NCBI RefSeq assembly: GCF_964204645.1
Contig: NC_134028.1
Span: forward strand, 3,348,001 to 3,412,000
Origin: Tubulanus polymorphus
Taxonomy: Eukaryota; Animalia; Nemertea
Length of the DNA stretch: 64,000 nt
Direction: 5' to 3'
This document shows positions 1 through 13,100 of the stretch, piece after piece. Every line of letters starts with the position of its first letter. The stretch's first letter is position 1. Below the pieces are notes generated by a model. It had not been told where the DNA came from. It ran no database searches and was given only the letters and a program-made list of their open reading frames with translations. The position numbers and the translations under genes were made by a program.

Positions 1-2047
1 GCAGGTTCGCCAGGGTAATAATATTCCAGACGAGGTTACTTTCAATCTATTTAGCAATGTCATCCGTAATTGAATGACACGATTTGGCATTTTCGAAAAA
101 GCAATACATGTGTGTACATGCCTTGGTTCCGACGTATAGGATTAAGTAAAAGATATTGCTATCTATTTTCCATCTTTTTCTTTGACCACGAAAAAAAATC
201 TTTGCACGAACGAATATCACCGACCAGAAATTCATATATAATTAAATGAAGGGATCACATTTTTCTGTGTTATATATGTATATATGTTCAGTTATGTTAG
301 TATTGTATGCTAGAAATGTAATTTTTAACTCTACGTGAATTCGCATCAACGAACGGTTATGTCAGACCGTTTGAAAAGAATATAAGTATGTCCCGGGATC
401 GGTTTTACATCATTCTTTGATATGATGTTATTCTTGTGTTCCTGGAAGTTGGATAAGGTAGAAAAGAACGCCGTTTATAAATATTTATTCTTTGCCTGTC
501 ATCACCGCAACCTCCGAACACTAACTATGTTGGAACCGTTTTTCTCTCTTGATGGATGTGAAAGAGTGAATGCAATTTTTCAGTTGGTTTATTACCGTTG
601 ATTATTCACGATGTTATACACCACTTCAGTTTACATTCTCTTCGCTTTCTCGCTGGCAAATAATTCCGATTAGTCTAGAATGTTTTCACAAAGAGATAAC
701 AAAAATGTCTTATATCCAAAATGTCTAATGTTACCATTCAATTGGCGGTATTGCGTGTATACTTTCAAATATCAACATTATGTATCAACTACAACGAAGC
801 CATTCCGAATGTGTTCTATGTCGAATATATCTATGATAATAATCTTTGCAAAATATTCGGCCGGTTCAAATGTACTTCCGTAAAGGTATTTCATTACTAG
901 ATAAACTTCCTCTTTTTTTTCTGATGATTAAGCAACTCGAATTTTATAATGTGTTACTTGGGGGTATCTTTTTTTTACAAAATATTTGTTACTAACATCT
1001 GATCGTTTTTTTTTGGAATTTTGTTTCGTGCGGATTTATTTGTTAAGCGTACTGAAAAAACTATTCTCTTTCCTATGAAGAATGTTTTTCCTCAAGATGA
1101 AGAGATGAAGTGAAATAGAAAAAAGGATATGTTGATGCTGTTGGAATTGAATGCGATTTAACTTAAAGCAATAAATTAATGATCAGTGCTGTAGCTGATT
1201 TCTATTGTAAAGGTTTGCCATTTTTGTTGGAATATATATCTTTATAGACGCTGCTGTCATAATTGGAAGTTAATATCACATCTTTTTCGTCGTCGCTGTC
1301 GTACCAAATAGTGTACATACTTAATATCAATTACGAAACTATTCTCATAAAAATTTCATCAAGAAACGCGATATTGAAAGCGAGTATATTAAAGCGAAGA
1401 TGTCTATCTAACATTATATATATAAGTCATAAGAACGCATATCATATATAGAAGGACACATAATGGCTGACGTTCAATACACGAGAAGTCAATACGCTTT
1501 TAGACTTGAATATATATGAAGTAGTTTGATATTAAGTGTTTAAGTGCTAGACATCCGATAACTGGCGGTCTTCATTTAAAATCCTACTCGAAAACTGATG
1601 AACGTTCGAAGCAATTATACACGCGAGTCCCTCACTATCGAACCGTCTTCGTGCGAACATTGAACGCTGCCACCATCTCCTCCGAATGATAATAGCGCTT
1701 TCATGGACCCAAATAAAATACGATCTCCATCAAATGACAGAAACTTGTCTGGCCCCTGGCCCCGTCCTTGTCTAGGATGCCAGCGGCGCGTACGTAAATT
1801 CATTATAGGTTAGTAAACACAGCTCTACGTGGTAGGGTGGTCCTGTATCTCAAAACATAAATAACAAATTATGTTTATATCCAGTTGTGTTGTTCTTTCT
1901 AACGAGGTACGAGATACGCACTTTGCAAGGTCTAAGGCAAGGTTCTTTCGGGCTTACCTGTAACTTCTTGTCGCAGGCAATTCCTGGAGCTATGAGGTTC
2001 TATTTGCGCATCATTGGAGGAATCATTTGTTCGTTCGCTAAGTTTAC

Positions 2048-2080
<33 letters not shown>
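2048..2080. repeat. (GATT)n microsatellite
   Basis: About 8 direct copies. Confidence 0.9.
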
Positions 2081-3300
2081 TTATTTTCATAGAACATAGT
2101 TTAGTATAATAATTTATCTTACAAAATACCACAATGAACTATGAACTATGAAGGACTCGTCCTGAGCCTGAAGGCTGTAGCTCTGAACAGAGTGGACGAG
2201 CTCCGGTGACTATGAAATGGATGATGATGACAAAGCTCATCAAAAACTTTACTGTCATAGGATTGGTCTTCATTCTTCATACAGCTAGTAACTGTATATT
2301 CCGGCTTTGTGTATCTGTTGTATTACTGAGTCTAAGGGCTCCAATTCGTCCCCTTCCCCTAATTACGTTAATCACCGATTTCGTTGCAGGCATGTACGTA
2401 CGTACGCTAACCCGGCGTCTCTTACGTTTACGACAAGCATTTTACTGGTGTAAACTAGCGCCGCGGGAGTACGACAGTCTGACTAATTACATAGTCGAGC
2501 AGTGTGATTGAGCCGTTTATCCCTAGTCTTACAGTCGTATAGTCGTGTAATAATTCGCCTTACCAAAAGACGAAACACGAAACATGGAATTTTGTACCTT
2601 CAACGATTTTGGTTTGATGCTATTTGGATCAGGGGTTGCGAAATGAAGCGATATCCATACGTTTAGTTCCAGAGTTCTTATAACCTAGTATTTTGTCTTG
2701 CTGACGCTGGCCGGTATGAAAATCATAGGATCTTTTACTATTCATAGTAACGCATTAATAGGAAAAATGCACGCATTTGACCAATAGCAAAACATGATTA
2801 ATATCTTGTCGTCTCTCGACAGGATATACATGTACATATAAACGACTGTTATCTCTGGTAGAAAACGAAAATTTCATATAAACATTCACAATATTTACGG
2901 AGCCTTTCGGGGCTTCGTGCGTCTTCGTACGTCACCACGAGAATTGACTGTGGCCCGAGGATTGAATCCCGCGGTAATTGGAACTGTCGATTTCGATAAG
3001 GATCCGATACGAAGAGATGAATAAACATAACGTCAGTATCATGTTTATGATCAAGTGCTGCAGACAAGACCCCGCGGACGAGACTTCAAAAATGTACAGC
3101 GACTTTGACATAATACTGTTCGATGAGTCCTTCAAGTGCGACGGACTCGTTTATACATCGGGGACTCGGACTCGGACCGCCGAGAAAAACTTACATCGAA
3201 TGGACGGTTCCGACCGTGAATGGTGCATCCGATGTTTGGTCATTATTATGCGACCTCGGGTCTCGATATGAAACCCAACGATCCGCGATCAAGTAAAAAT

Positions 3301-3587
3301 CGTATCGTATCGTATCGTATCGTATCGTATCGTATCGTATCGTACCGTACCGTACCGTACCGTACCGTACCGTACCGTACCGTACCGTACCGTACCGTAC
3401 CGTACCGTACCGTACCGTACCGTACCGTACCGTACCGTACCGTACCGTACCGTACCGTACCGTACCGTACCGTACCGTACCGTACCGTACCGTACCGTAC
3501 CGTACCGTACCGTACCGTACCGTATCAGTACCGTACCGTACCGTACCGTACCGTACCGTATCGTATCGTATCGTATCGTATCGTATC
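3301..3587. repeat. Compound (CGTAT)n-(CGTAC)n-(CGTAT)n microsatellite
   Basis: Pentamer array visible directly; source of the YRTVP/RYGTV ORFs. Confidence 0.97.
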
Positions 3588-4499
3588 AAAAAGCATCAAT
3601 GATTTCTATAACATTTGCCGAACGTTGCTTCCAATCTATTGCTGTATCTACGTAGAACTCTTTTGATTCGGAGAGATTTGGAAAATTGATGATCTCTGAA
3701 CACATTTTAAATCAGTCTGACACTCATCTGCTTTCCCTGTTAAGTGTAATGTACTGTGCGCAATTTGACTAACGCCCAAAAAGTGCTGGTGAACATTTTT
3801 TTCAAGCGAAACCGACACTTTATAAATCTACGGATTATTATCATTATCAATAGGTTTTCTGCTGATCAGATCGTTAAGAGAAGCTGGACTTTCGAACCGG
3901 GTGCACAAAGCCGAGAACGAATGCGTTTGTGCGCGCGAGTGTCTTTCATACTGTAAGAGATCATTGCCAAATTGCAATAAATGATTGATGCTCGCAAACG
4001 ATGGGCAGACGATCAGTGCTGTAGTACAGATTTCAGATTAAGAAAATGAGATTTTAGCTGTCTGTTTTATGCAGCTCCAGGCCTTGTATCGATCCGGACG
4101 ATGCTACAGTCGGAATTGTATTCTCTATTTGTGCTTATTCTTCGCAGTCTTTCTTTGATTTATGACGTTTCGCCATTGGCGTCTCTAAGAGAAAGAAAGG
4201 CAAATTTACAGTCGGTATCAGCTATCTAACATAGCCGTAAACTTAGCTCGTTAACATTGAACACCAGAATCGATGACCGACCCAATGGATGAGTTTAGGC
4301 CACCTGTGTCTCATAGTCGCTGATCGTCTGCGATCACTTCCACGAACTATCTTCACTATCTCAAGAAACAGATCTCCAGATTCACTAAATCGTCGCTTGC
4401 TTCCTGCACATTTCTTTTTATTTTTATCTAGCATCGGAGACTTGAGGGAAGCAACGTTCAGCGGGAAAATGCTGCGGAGTAACAAGCAGGTTCGAGTCC

Positions 4500-4633
4500 T
4501 GGGCTCAGTTCCACAGTTATGACATAAGTCAAAAAGTGGTCTTGAATCTTAAGACTGGTCTTCAGTTGTTAGATTAGCTATAAAAGGTATCAGACTGGTT
4601 TTAAGTCTAAGCCGTATAACTGAGCGAACCGGC
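4500..4633. mobile_element. MITE family A copy
   Basis: Shares the terminal ggnncagttcca motif and the gttgttagattggctata/aagactggtctt core with copies at 9526, 17242 and 34412. Confidence 0.6.
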
Positions 4634-4857
4634 ACCTGCTGGCTGCTTACAGCGTGCGACTAACGCTTTAAGACCGTCCCGTCGTGGGGGGTTAAATGAA
4701 CGAACCGAAAGGGTTAGTCTCGGCAAACGAAGATACGAACGACGAAAAGAAAAACAAGCAAGATATTAATCAAACTATTGACATGGCCGTTTGATTTCAA
4801 TTCACCTCCTGTACGTTAATCATCTTCACATATCCTCAGTTAACTTTTCTTGGTTAT

Positions 4858-5103
4858 TTGTCGAATAAACACTATACTCCGTGTAAACTGTAGATAAATG
4901 AAGAAATCCCACACTTCGAATTTAAAATTATACGATTAAATTTATTCTTACGAAAACACAACGTTTCGGCTGTTGACTAACAGCCATCGTGAGGTGGAAT
5001 GATTCCATTGATGATGGCTGTTAGTCAACAGCCGAAACGTTGTGGTTTCGTAAGAATAAATTTAATCGTATAATTTTAAATTCGAAGTGCGGGATTTCTT
5101 CAT
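4858..5103. mobile_element. Palindromic Penelope-like (PLE-derived) insertion with degenerate hammerhead cores
   Basis: Near-perfect inverted arms of about 100 bp (4896-5105); 13-bp direct repeat ttttcttggttat at 4845-4857 and 5104-5116; TTGATGA-hairpin-GAAACGTT core. Confidence 0.7.
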
Positions 5104-8100
5104 TTTTCTTGGTTATATTGTATCGAACAATCTTGGACTGGATACGTAAGGAATAAGGAAGGGAATGAACGTAGCCTTATTCATGTACTTTAGACGTGGC
5201 CTCTCTTCGTTACTTCATTGAAGAAACGTTTCATCATTCATATTCATCCTTCGTAAGAACACCTATCAATGCAACGCGACTTCAAAGTCGGACAGAAAAT
5301 GAGAAATATCATCAACGAAGAGCTCTTACATTTGCTTACACGAGGCTATGACGTCACGAACGTTATAACGTGACAGCAAACTCGTAAATACCCGGCTCGT
5401 TTACTTTCCGATGGCAATTTAAACGCGACAGAGTGATGGTTCTGGGAAAATTAATTCCAACGTGAAGTAACATGTCCTCGAAACGAACATAATGAAATCA
5501 AGGGTATTGAAATTTGAATTGTCCGCAGATATATCAAATTTTCTGCCCGATTTTGTATCAATTAAAGCTTGGCAGGTAACATTGTTACAATTGAAATATG
5601 GGTTCTTAGGCGAGCCTAAATTTCCAGGGTATCTTAATATTGAGGAACCTTGTTGTGTCCCCGTATGCTAACCGCTATGAGTACGAAATTGATATCGAGA
5701 ACGTAGAAAATCGGTTGCGTAAATCGATTTTCATTTATAATCGAAGATATTCTGAGGCAGGTTATCGACCTCTAAATGGCTTCTGTTCGGCGGTAAGCTC
5801 TGAATTAAAATTTCTCTCTTCTCGACATATTGCATTATTATCAAACGTCCACACAAATATAATGTCTTCAAACGGGAATCAGTGTGACTAACATATCCCA
5901 CGGGAGGTCGGATTTCCAGTAATCGCTATATTCGAGGCATCGGCTGCCCTGGATCTTGATTCTGCTTTAAGTCAAATTGAAATCTATCTCCCATTGGAAC
6001 ATACTTCAGAATAAAGCCCATTAACGTATCGATGTACTGACAAAGCATTGCGAACTCTCGAAACCGCCAGCTAACGGTTCCAGAATTCTCATTTAGTTTG
6101 TTCAAAATGAAAAATAGAGTTCACCTTGGTGCAAAAGTATTTTTTTGAAGAAATGATTACTAGCTATGTTTGCATGTTTTCATGGCAGAAGTATTTATCA
6201 CATGACACACCTATTTAATTCGCCGAATGACCTACAAGTGTTCTAGAATAACCCAACATTTTCGAAACTTCCAACGAAAAGTTTGACGACGAAAATGAAG
6301 GTGTTTGAACTCGTAAACAGAGATTAAACTCAGCGTGTTCAGACTCAGTTTCCAGGTCCCGGATATAGGGTTATCTTAATCAGTTATAACATATCCCGGG
6401 ACGTTTTCAATCGGCTTAAAAGATAAGAATTGTATAATGCTATTCTAGGCCACTTCAAACCCGGCTGATACCGGGGAATCTGGCCTGATAATAAGCGAAC
6501 CGTTTGGCATTATTCGATGGTTGGTTGATTTAGGAGGCCGACTTGTAGCGGCGGGTGATTGCTCGCTTCGCCGATGACCTTTACCGAATCGGTTAAGTTT
6601 AAGCGCATTAATACTGAACCACGCGCAAAATAATCTGCCGACGATCAGGAAAAAATTACCGAAAAAAGAACGTCGAGTCTACGCACTTGATAAAGCTTTT
6701 TGTTCCGCAAAAAGTGCCGTATAGTTCAAGTGAATCGGCGCGCTAAGATGCTAACTGTATAAAGATATCTCTTGTCACTAGCGGGAGAAGTTAGCCGGAA
6801 TCCGTGGAATTATTCTTTAGAAAATCGACGCTGTAATTTCATTCGAACTTGATTTCATTCAATAAACTTGAATAACGAGCCTTTCAGTTTGTACTGTTAT
6901 CTCGATCTGTAACAGCATTCCGCTTATCTCGACTTGGCGAACGAAGTTACATTCAACTCGCGCCGTTTACCAGTTATTTCTCACGTCAAGGCTGATTGTT
7001 GAACGAGACATTCCTGAACTCGATCTAATGTAATCTTTCGTTCGTTTAATCACGGTTAAATCCTCGTGTCAGTCGTCTGAATTATCTGATCCTGTCGGCG
7101 CGCGTGGGCGTTCAGTTCACGTTACACAAAGCGTCGGGACAAAATACTCGACTTAGGCGTCTTCCCTTAAACCGATCGACATTAACGAAAAATTCAAGCG
7201 CTTTGTCGGTCTCGATTATGGTCTTACCTCCCTTTCTTAAGGATGCCGAGGATTTAATTCTCCCGATGAGAAATATCGCCGCTAATTTACGTAGGTTGCG
7301 ATGCAGCGACGTTCTTAGATTGTGACAGATTCTCTTTAGATTCTGACAGATTCTCTTTCCTGTAATCGATCCTTGTGAGATCTCTTGATTTTCTTGTGAC
7401 GCTCGTCCGGGGAGTTGCTCTGGGACGAATGGTCGCTGAATGTAACGTTCTTCCGAATGGACACACCGAAAAAGGGGGTCCGTTATCTTGAGAAATCTTT
7501 TCTCTAATTTATTAATACTTGATTGCGTAATACATTCAATACATTTTACCTACAGTATTCGCTAAAGTCTGTACAAGCACTGCTGTGAAAGAATAAATGC
7601 GATGTACCACACGTCTGATGGGAGGTATATACACAAGTGTCGATACTTGATACCGACGATAAAAGATAAAAAAACTGTTCTCAGAACAACGTGCTTCTTG
7701 TAAAAGCGAGAATAATTGGCCTCTAACGAATAGAGGAATATCGCACCGTAGCCCATCAATTCAGTGTTAGATAATCGTAATCTCGACGATATGCAGCCGG
7801 TGTAACGAAATTTCCCTATCCTTATCTCCCTCTCCCTCCGTAAGGTGAAAGTTGGTGCAAATTACCTGTAGAATGTGTAGCTATTTCGACTTGTATAACA
7901 TAACCGTAAACAGTTCTATGCATACCGATAAGGAGTGTCGTCGTTTCAGTATGTGACTAACTTTTCTGTCGGCTTAAACTTTCCCCGTGTGGTCGTTGGC
8001 GCATGGCGTCACAACAAGCTTCAAACCTGCTCTTCCCCATTCGTACCTCGTGGTACGAACATTAAACATCGAATAGTTATCGCCCAGTATGCTATGGCTG

Positions 8101-9522
8101 CCTGAATACTTGATATGTCTTACCCAGGTAAGACACAAGGACTTCAGTTAATGGAAGCCGTTTGAAAATAGCTCGCATTGTATCCAACTTTCCCCGAACT
8201 GATTTCGAAAACGGATCAAGTTGGCGGAAATCAATCGGTCGGTAAAGGTACAGGTCAGGTATTCATTCTTGCTAAGTACATCGGCAAGCTTGTAATCTTC
8301 AGTTTTAGTTAACGGTCTTTTCAAATTCTTTCATAGCAAAAGTTTTACGACTGTAAAAAAGAATTTTTTATGTTTCGATAAGAAAATAAGGAAAACTATT
8401 TTTCTGGTGGCTGCATGGTCTGCAACAGCTGGATGACATTCACTGACTCAGAACTACGTGAAAATAAAGAGTGATACTCAATTAACCGAATATTGGCGAA
8501 GTTTCCTGTGAACAGAAATTGTGAATTTCGTTTCATCACCTGTTAATTAACTCAATAGAAAGGAATATTAATAGTAGAGAATGAATAGAAAGGATGAATC
8601 ATAGTTCGCCACAGAGTTGGACACACACGTAGCGTTCATTCCCTAGTGTTCGTATAAACTAGTTTATTAAAGTTTGTCTGTGTATGTGAAAACATATTTG
8701 TTTTTAAAAAGAGTCACACGCAGCTTGTCGGATTCGAATTCAATTGAATCACTGCTAATGGTACGGCCGCGTCGCATTCACTCGCTCGTGTTCAGAGTGG
8801 CTACATTTCCAGCGTCATAGCGGAAATTCTGTTCGAAGAAGTTAAAACCTTTACCAGCCGAAGCGCGGGTATTCGGTTCATGCTTACTTTACGCGACATA
8901 GGCGTTATCTTGTACGCCCACTCTTGGTAATTAGGGGCGACCGGGTTGACTAACACCTGATACTTCCTAACTGGCTTCTTAACACTCGGCGAAGAGACGC
9001 TTGTATTTTCAAATTTGTCTGATCAGTCGTCTCTCCTAAATCTCATTTCTACGGGTTTACGTCGCCCACGTTGCTATTTTATGAGTATAACGGAGCCAAT
9101 TTGCGGTAGTGAACAAGAGCTACCCTGGAATCGGTGTTCATTTTACTTCTCAAACTGAAGAGAATTTCCGATTTCGAAACATGCTATTTTCCTCAAGTCC
9201 CTGGCAGTGATTTGAAAGAATCTTATTGAAACTACGTAGACTCGAATTAAAACACGGAGCGTCTGCAGCAGTTATGTCGTCATAATCTGCTCAATTTAAA
9301 CAACGTATGGATGGTTTAATATTTAATGCACAGTTGATGAATGAAGACGATATTTCGAGACGACAACATGAAAAAAAAATCCAGCCAGATACAAAACCAA
9401 CTTCGAGAGGAAATTATATAATCACGCCACCGATGCTTTCGTCTTTATAATAATTGCGGATTTTTGCATAAGCTTTTTACTTGATATCTCAATTTACTTA
9501 TTCCGTTCACGTTTTTGTAACA

Positions 9523-9750
9523 CCAGGGGTCAGTTCAATAGACTTGGCTTAGACTTAACACCAGTCTAAGAGCATGTTAGTTCTAAAGCCAATCTAACAA
9601 TTTAAGACTAGTCTAAGAGCATGTTAGTTCTAAAGCCAATCTAACAATTTAAGACCAGTCTAAGACCATGTTAGTTCTATAGCCAATCTAACAACGTGAG
9701 ACCTTAAATTGGTCTTAAGTCTAAGCCATGACTATGGAACTGGGCCCAGG
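9523..9750. mobile_element. MITE family A copy with internal tandem triplication of about 43 bp
   Basis: TIR-like ends caggggtcagttc / ggaactgggcccag; unit agtctaagagcatgttagttctaaagccaatctaacaatttaaga repeated three times. Confidence 0.65.
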
Positions 9751-9997
9751 TGACGTAGGTGTCAGGGTCACGTATTACATAATCGTTTCAAAAACACGTT
9801 TCTGAATTTGAAATTCAGTCTCATCTCGATTCAACGGAGATGCCTATCATCTTCTTCAAGTGTTCTCCTATAAATGGACTGATTCTAAATTATGTTAAAA
9901 ACACCATTGTCTTTGCGCTAGCATTTCCGGCGTTCTAATGATGTTATTTATATACATCCTAATTATCAAGTTTGCCTGTTGTTTTTTATCTTTGTAG

Positions 9998-10160
9998 CCG
10001 CGGCGCCTCAGGTTCGGCCGATGGATGACATCATAGCAGTTGAAGGTGATACAGTTAAAATACAGTGTCGGGTGAAAGGCAACCCGAAACCTGTGGTCCG
10101 GTGGTCCAAAGACGGGCGACGTTATAAAAAACGCCGAGGAGTGCGGATACGACGAAATAG
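9998..10160 (+). CDS. NRG-like exon, N-terminal half of Ig domain
   Basis: tttgtag acceptor, gtaatg donor; AAPQVRPMDDIIAVEGDTVKIQCRVKGNPKPVVRWSKDG contains the Ig C...W motif. Confidence 0.92.
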
Positions 10161-13100
10161 GTAATGACGTGTAGGCCCACCACCCAAACAACGTTATCCT
10201 GCTGCGGTAAACGCATTTCAATGTATCGCCGTTTACAAAGACGCCTTCACCTGGCGATAAGGATCGCCGAAATTACATCAAAACCAAAACATAACTGAGC
10301 GAATATCTATGTCCGAAACGCCTTCTCTCATTTTCTTAAACTTTAACCCACTATCGATACATCAGATAAACGAGTAACGAAAATTCGACTTCAAACGGCT
10401 GTAGCGGATGTATTGTTATGTGAAGTGTCTATTTACAAGTGCTACTTAGTCCGTTACTCTACGAGGATGTGTCCCAGGGACGTATTATATTCATAGTATT
10501 TCGTCTTTTTTTTCTAGGCGAGGTTCAACTATACGTATTCGCAGAGTAAGAATTCAAGATGCTGGGGCATATACTTGTACAGCTACTAATATTATGGGCG
10601 ATGTTCGCCAAAATTTGTACCTAGCAGGTATGTATTTTCCTCGATTAGCTGGCGGACATTTTAATAAATGTTTTTCACTACTTAAAACGCCAAGATATTG
10701 TTTTTGGGAAATATATTTGTGGCACGGTCACATATTCCTGGCATTGTCCGTAGAGCGGAGTTACTTCACCAAAGACGCGTCGTTTCTAATTCGATACTAT
10801 TTCTTATCGGTCGGATAGAAACGACTGTCAGACCGTTAAGTCTGCGGGAATAGGATTGAAGTAATTTCATAGCCGATAGAGGGCGATCGAGCTGCTTCTA
10901 TTTCCAAGCCAAACGTTGTTAGATATTTGTCTAAGTCCAACAATCGTTGTCTACACGCATTCTTTCTGATCGCAGGTCTTATTATACACGTCGCACAAAC
11001 TATTGTTCTCAAAGTTCATTGAGTTTATTGCGAAAGCGCGTCACAGCGCTAGAGCAAATTAAGATGGACTCCTGGTTTTGACCAACACCACCACCTGGCG
11101 GGTATTTGACCGAATTGCCGAAAGACGTTCAGAGTTCCCGAATGACTATTTGAAACCTATCGATTAATAAACAACTTCAAAAATCTAGAATTCCGTGAAT
11201 CCTATTGTTCTGGGAAATTATTCGAAAGCAAATCGACCTGTCGCAGGAATGATCTTTTAGAGCTTACCGTTGTTCTTTTTACAGTGAACCGTCGCTCGTT
11301 TGATTTTCAAATAACTGCTCTGTCCACCACTGTACCGGTGATAACGGCGCGAGGTACAAAATATTAAAAACATGTTGTCACCATTTATATTTATCATGTA
11401 TAGCTACTTCACAGCAGCGCCGCCTATATACATTATAGCAGCTATACTAAAGCATAATCAGTAGTGAAATAGTTTAGAACTAGTTTATGTATTTATAAAC
11501 TGTGTTGTCAATATTTGTTGTCGCGTTTCATTTAAGTTACGTGTTATATACGTACTTTTTTTAATTTATCGACTGTTTCAACTTTTTCGAAGTCCATAAA
11601 TCCGATGTCTTTTGTCTATTACTGGCTGATTAATTCTCTGCACGTTTCATCTTCTGGGTTACTAATTAGGTTAAAATATAGATATTTGATATTCTTCTCA
11701 TTTTCGAGATGAAAATCTAGAAATATACGTTTCCCGGTCCGTTTCCCAGGAAATTTGAAAGCTCCAGGAAAATACATCAAATGAATCATTTGCTTTGGAC
11801 ACTACCGTACGAATTCAAAATAATTTTGAGTTACTTTGTGAAAAAAAACTTTTAAATGTTAAGCGGTTCCCTACGAGATTCAGGCAATCTTATAGCTTTT
11901 AGTTTAGAGCCAGACCAGATATGATATGTATATCGTGAATTAGCTTCTTTCAACTTTCTAAATGAAAAATCTTCGCAGCAAATACGTTTATACATTTACG
12001 CAAATGTCGATGTATTTTTTAGTGTGACATCCGAAGTTGTTTTTGTAGTGAATGGCTATATCTCATATATATTAATCAGTGAAGTTGGGAAAATTGATCC
12101 CCGTTCGCTAAAAAAGAATATGTTATTTCGAAAATTCTTTTGTATTTTCTAACAACCGGTATAAGCATGTATACATATTGAATGTTATCCTATTGTGTTT
12201 TTATGACGACAAACGCGTCATCCAAGTTCTCGGAATGCGAATACGCCGAGAATATTTGATTATCAAAATCATTGAGAGGACTAGCCCTTCAGAATACGCC
12301 CACTCGTACGAGACGTCGTGCTAAATCGGACCGGATTTTCTAATTCGCAGACAACAAAAATGAAAAGTCGGCCGTTTAGAATATCATCCAGGCTCGTCGT
12401 GCGACTTAGCTATATGATATATCTATTGGTAACCGGTTCGTTGCCATGCCAACCGCCTTTAACCGTATTTGTTTCTGTAGTTTCCTAATCTGTGCGCATG
12501 CAACTTTTGAAATATTACTTATATGTACTTCGATTTCGTAATTGCAGTTGAAACGAAATTTAATGGTGCTAGCAACCCCACTACCCCCTCACAGTCAGTA
12601 GTTACAACAGTGCCTCGGACCACTCCAAAACCCACAAAATGTAAGTATATGCATTCACCGAGGTAAAGAAAGTCTTCTTTCATAAGAATTCTGTATCAAA
12701 TTACCCACTAGTCAGTATCGAATGGCGAGCAGATCTGTTTTTTAGGTTCATATAGTCCACTGTCTCGTCCATCGTCCGTGAAACTTTCCGCGTATTTCTT
12801 ATTCAGTTTGTTACTTGCACTCGATAAGCGGTTCGATGTACTATGAACGGATTTAAAGTTGCCCACGCGTTTGTTATTATTTGTTATTAAGTTTCAAGCG
12901 GATGTTATTTCTCCGGATATGAATATATGATGAATTAATTAATTATTAGCTGAACGAAGTCGCGGTGAAAACAAAACACGATTAAAAAAAAAAAATCAAT
13001 TACTCTAGTTTTATTGAGATTCTGGTGTCCAAAACTTAAGATTCCCCAGTGCGATTTAATGGTGATTCTGATGACAATAGGCGTCCTCGGACGAGAGGAT

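Noticed and set aside
3191-3666. ORFs of 132 and 148 aa (RYGTV/YRTVP repeats)
   Set aside because: Translations of the pentamer microsatellite.
4480-4505. GGTTCGAGTCC B-box as a tRNA gene
   Set aside because: No A-box or cloverleaf could be built around it.
1-9997. Search for the 5' exons of the neuregulin gene
   Set aside because: I found no convincing phase-compatible coding exon; they probably lie upstream of the window or were missed.
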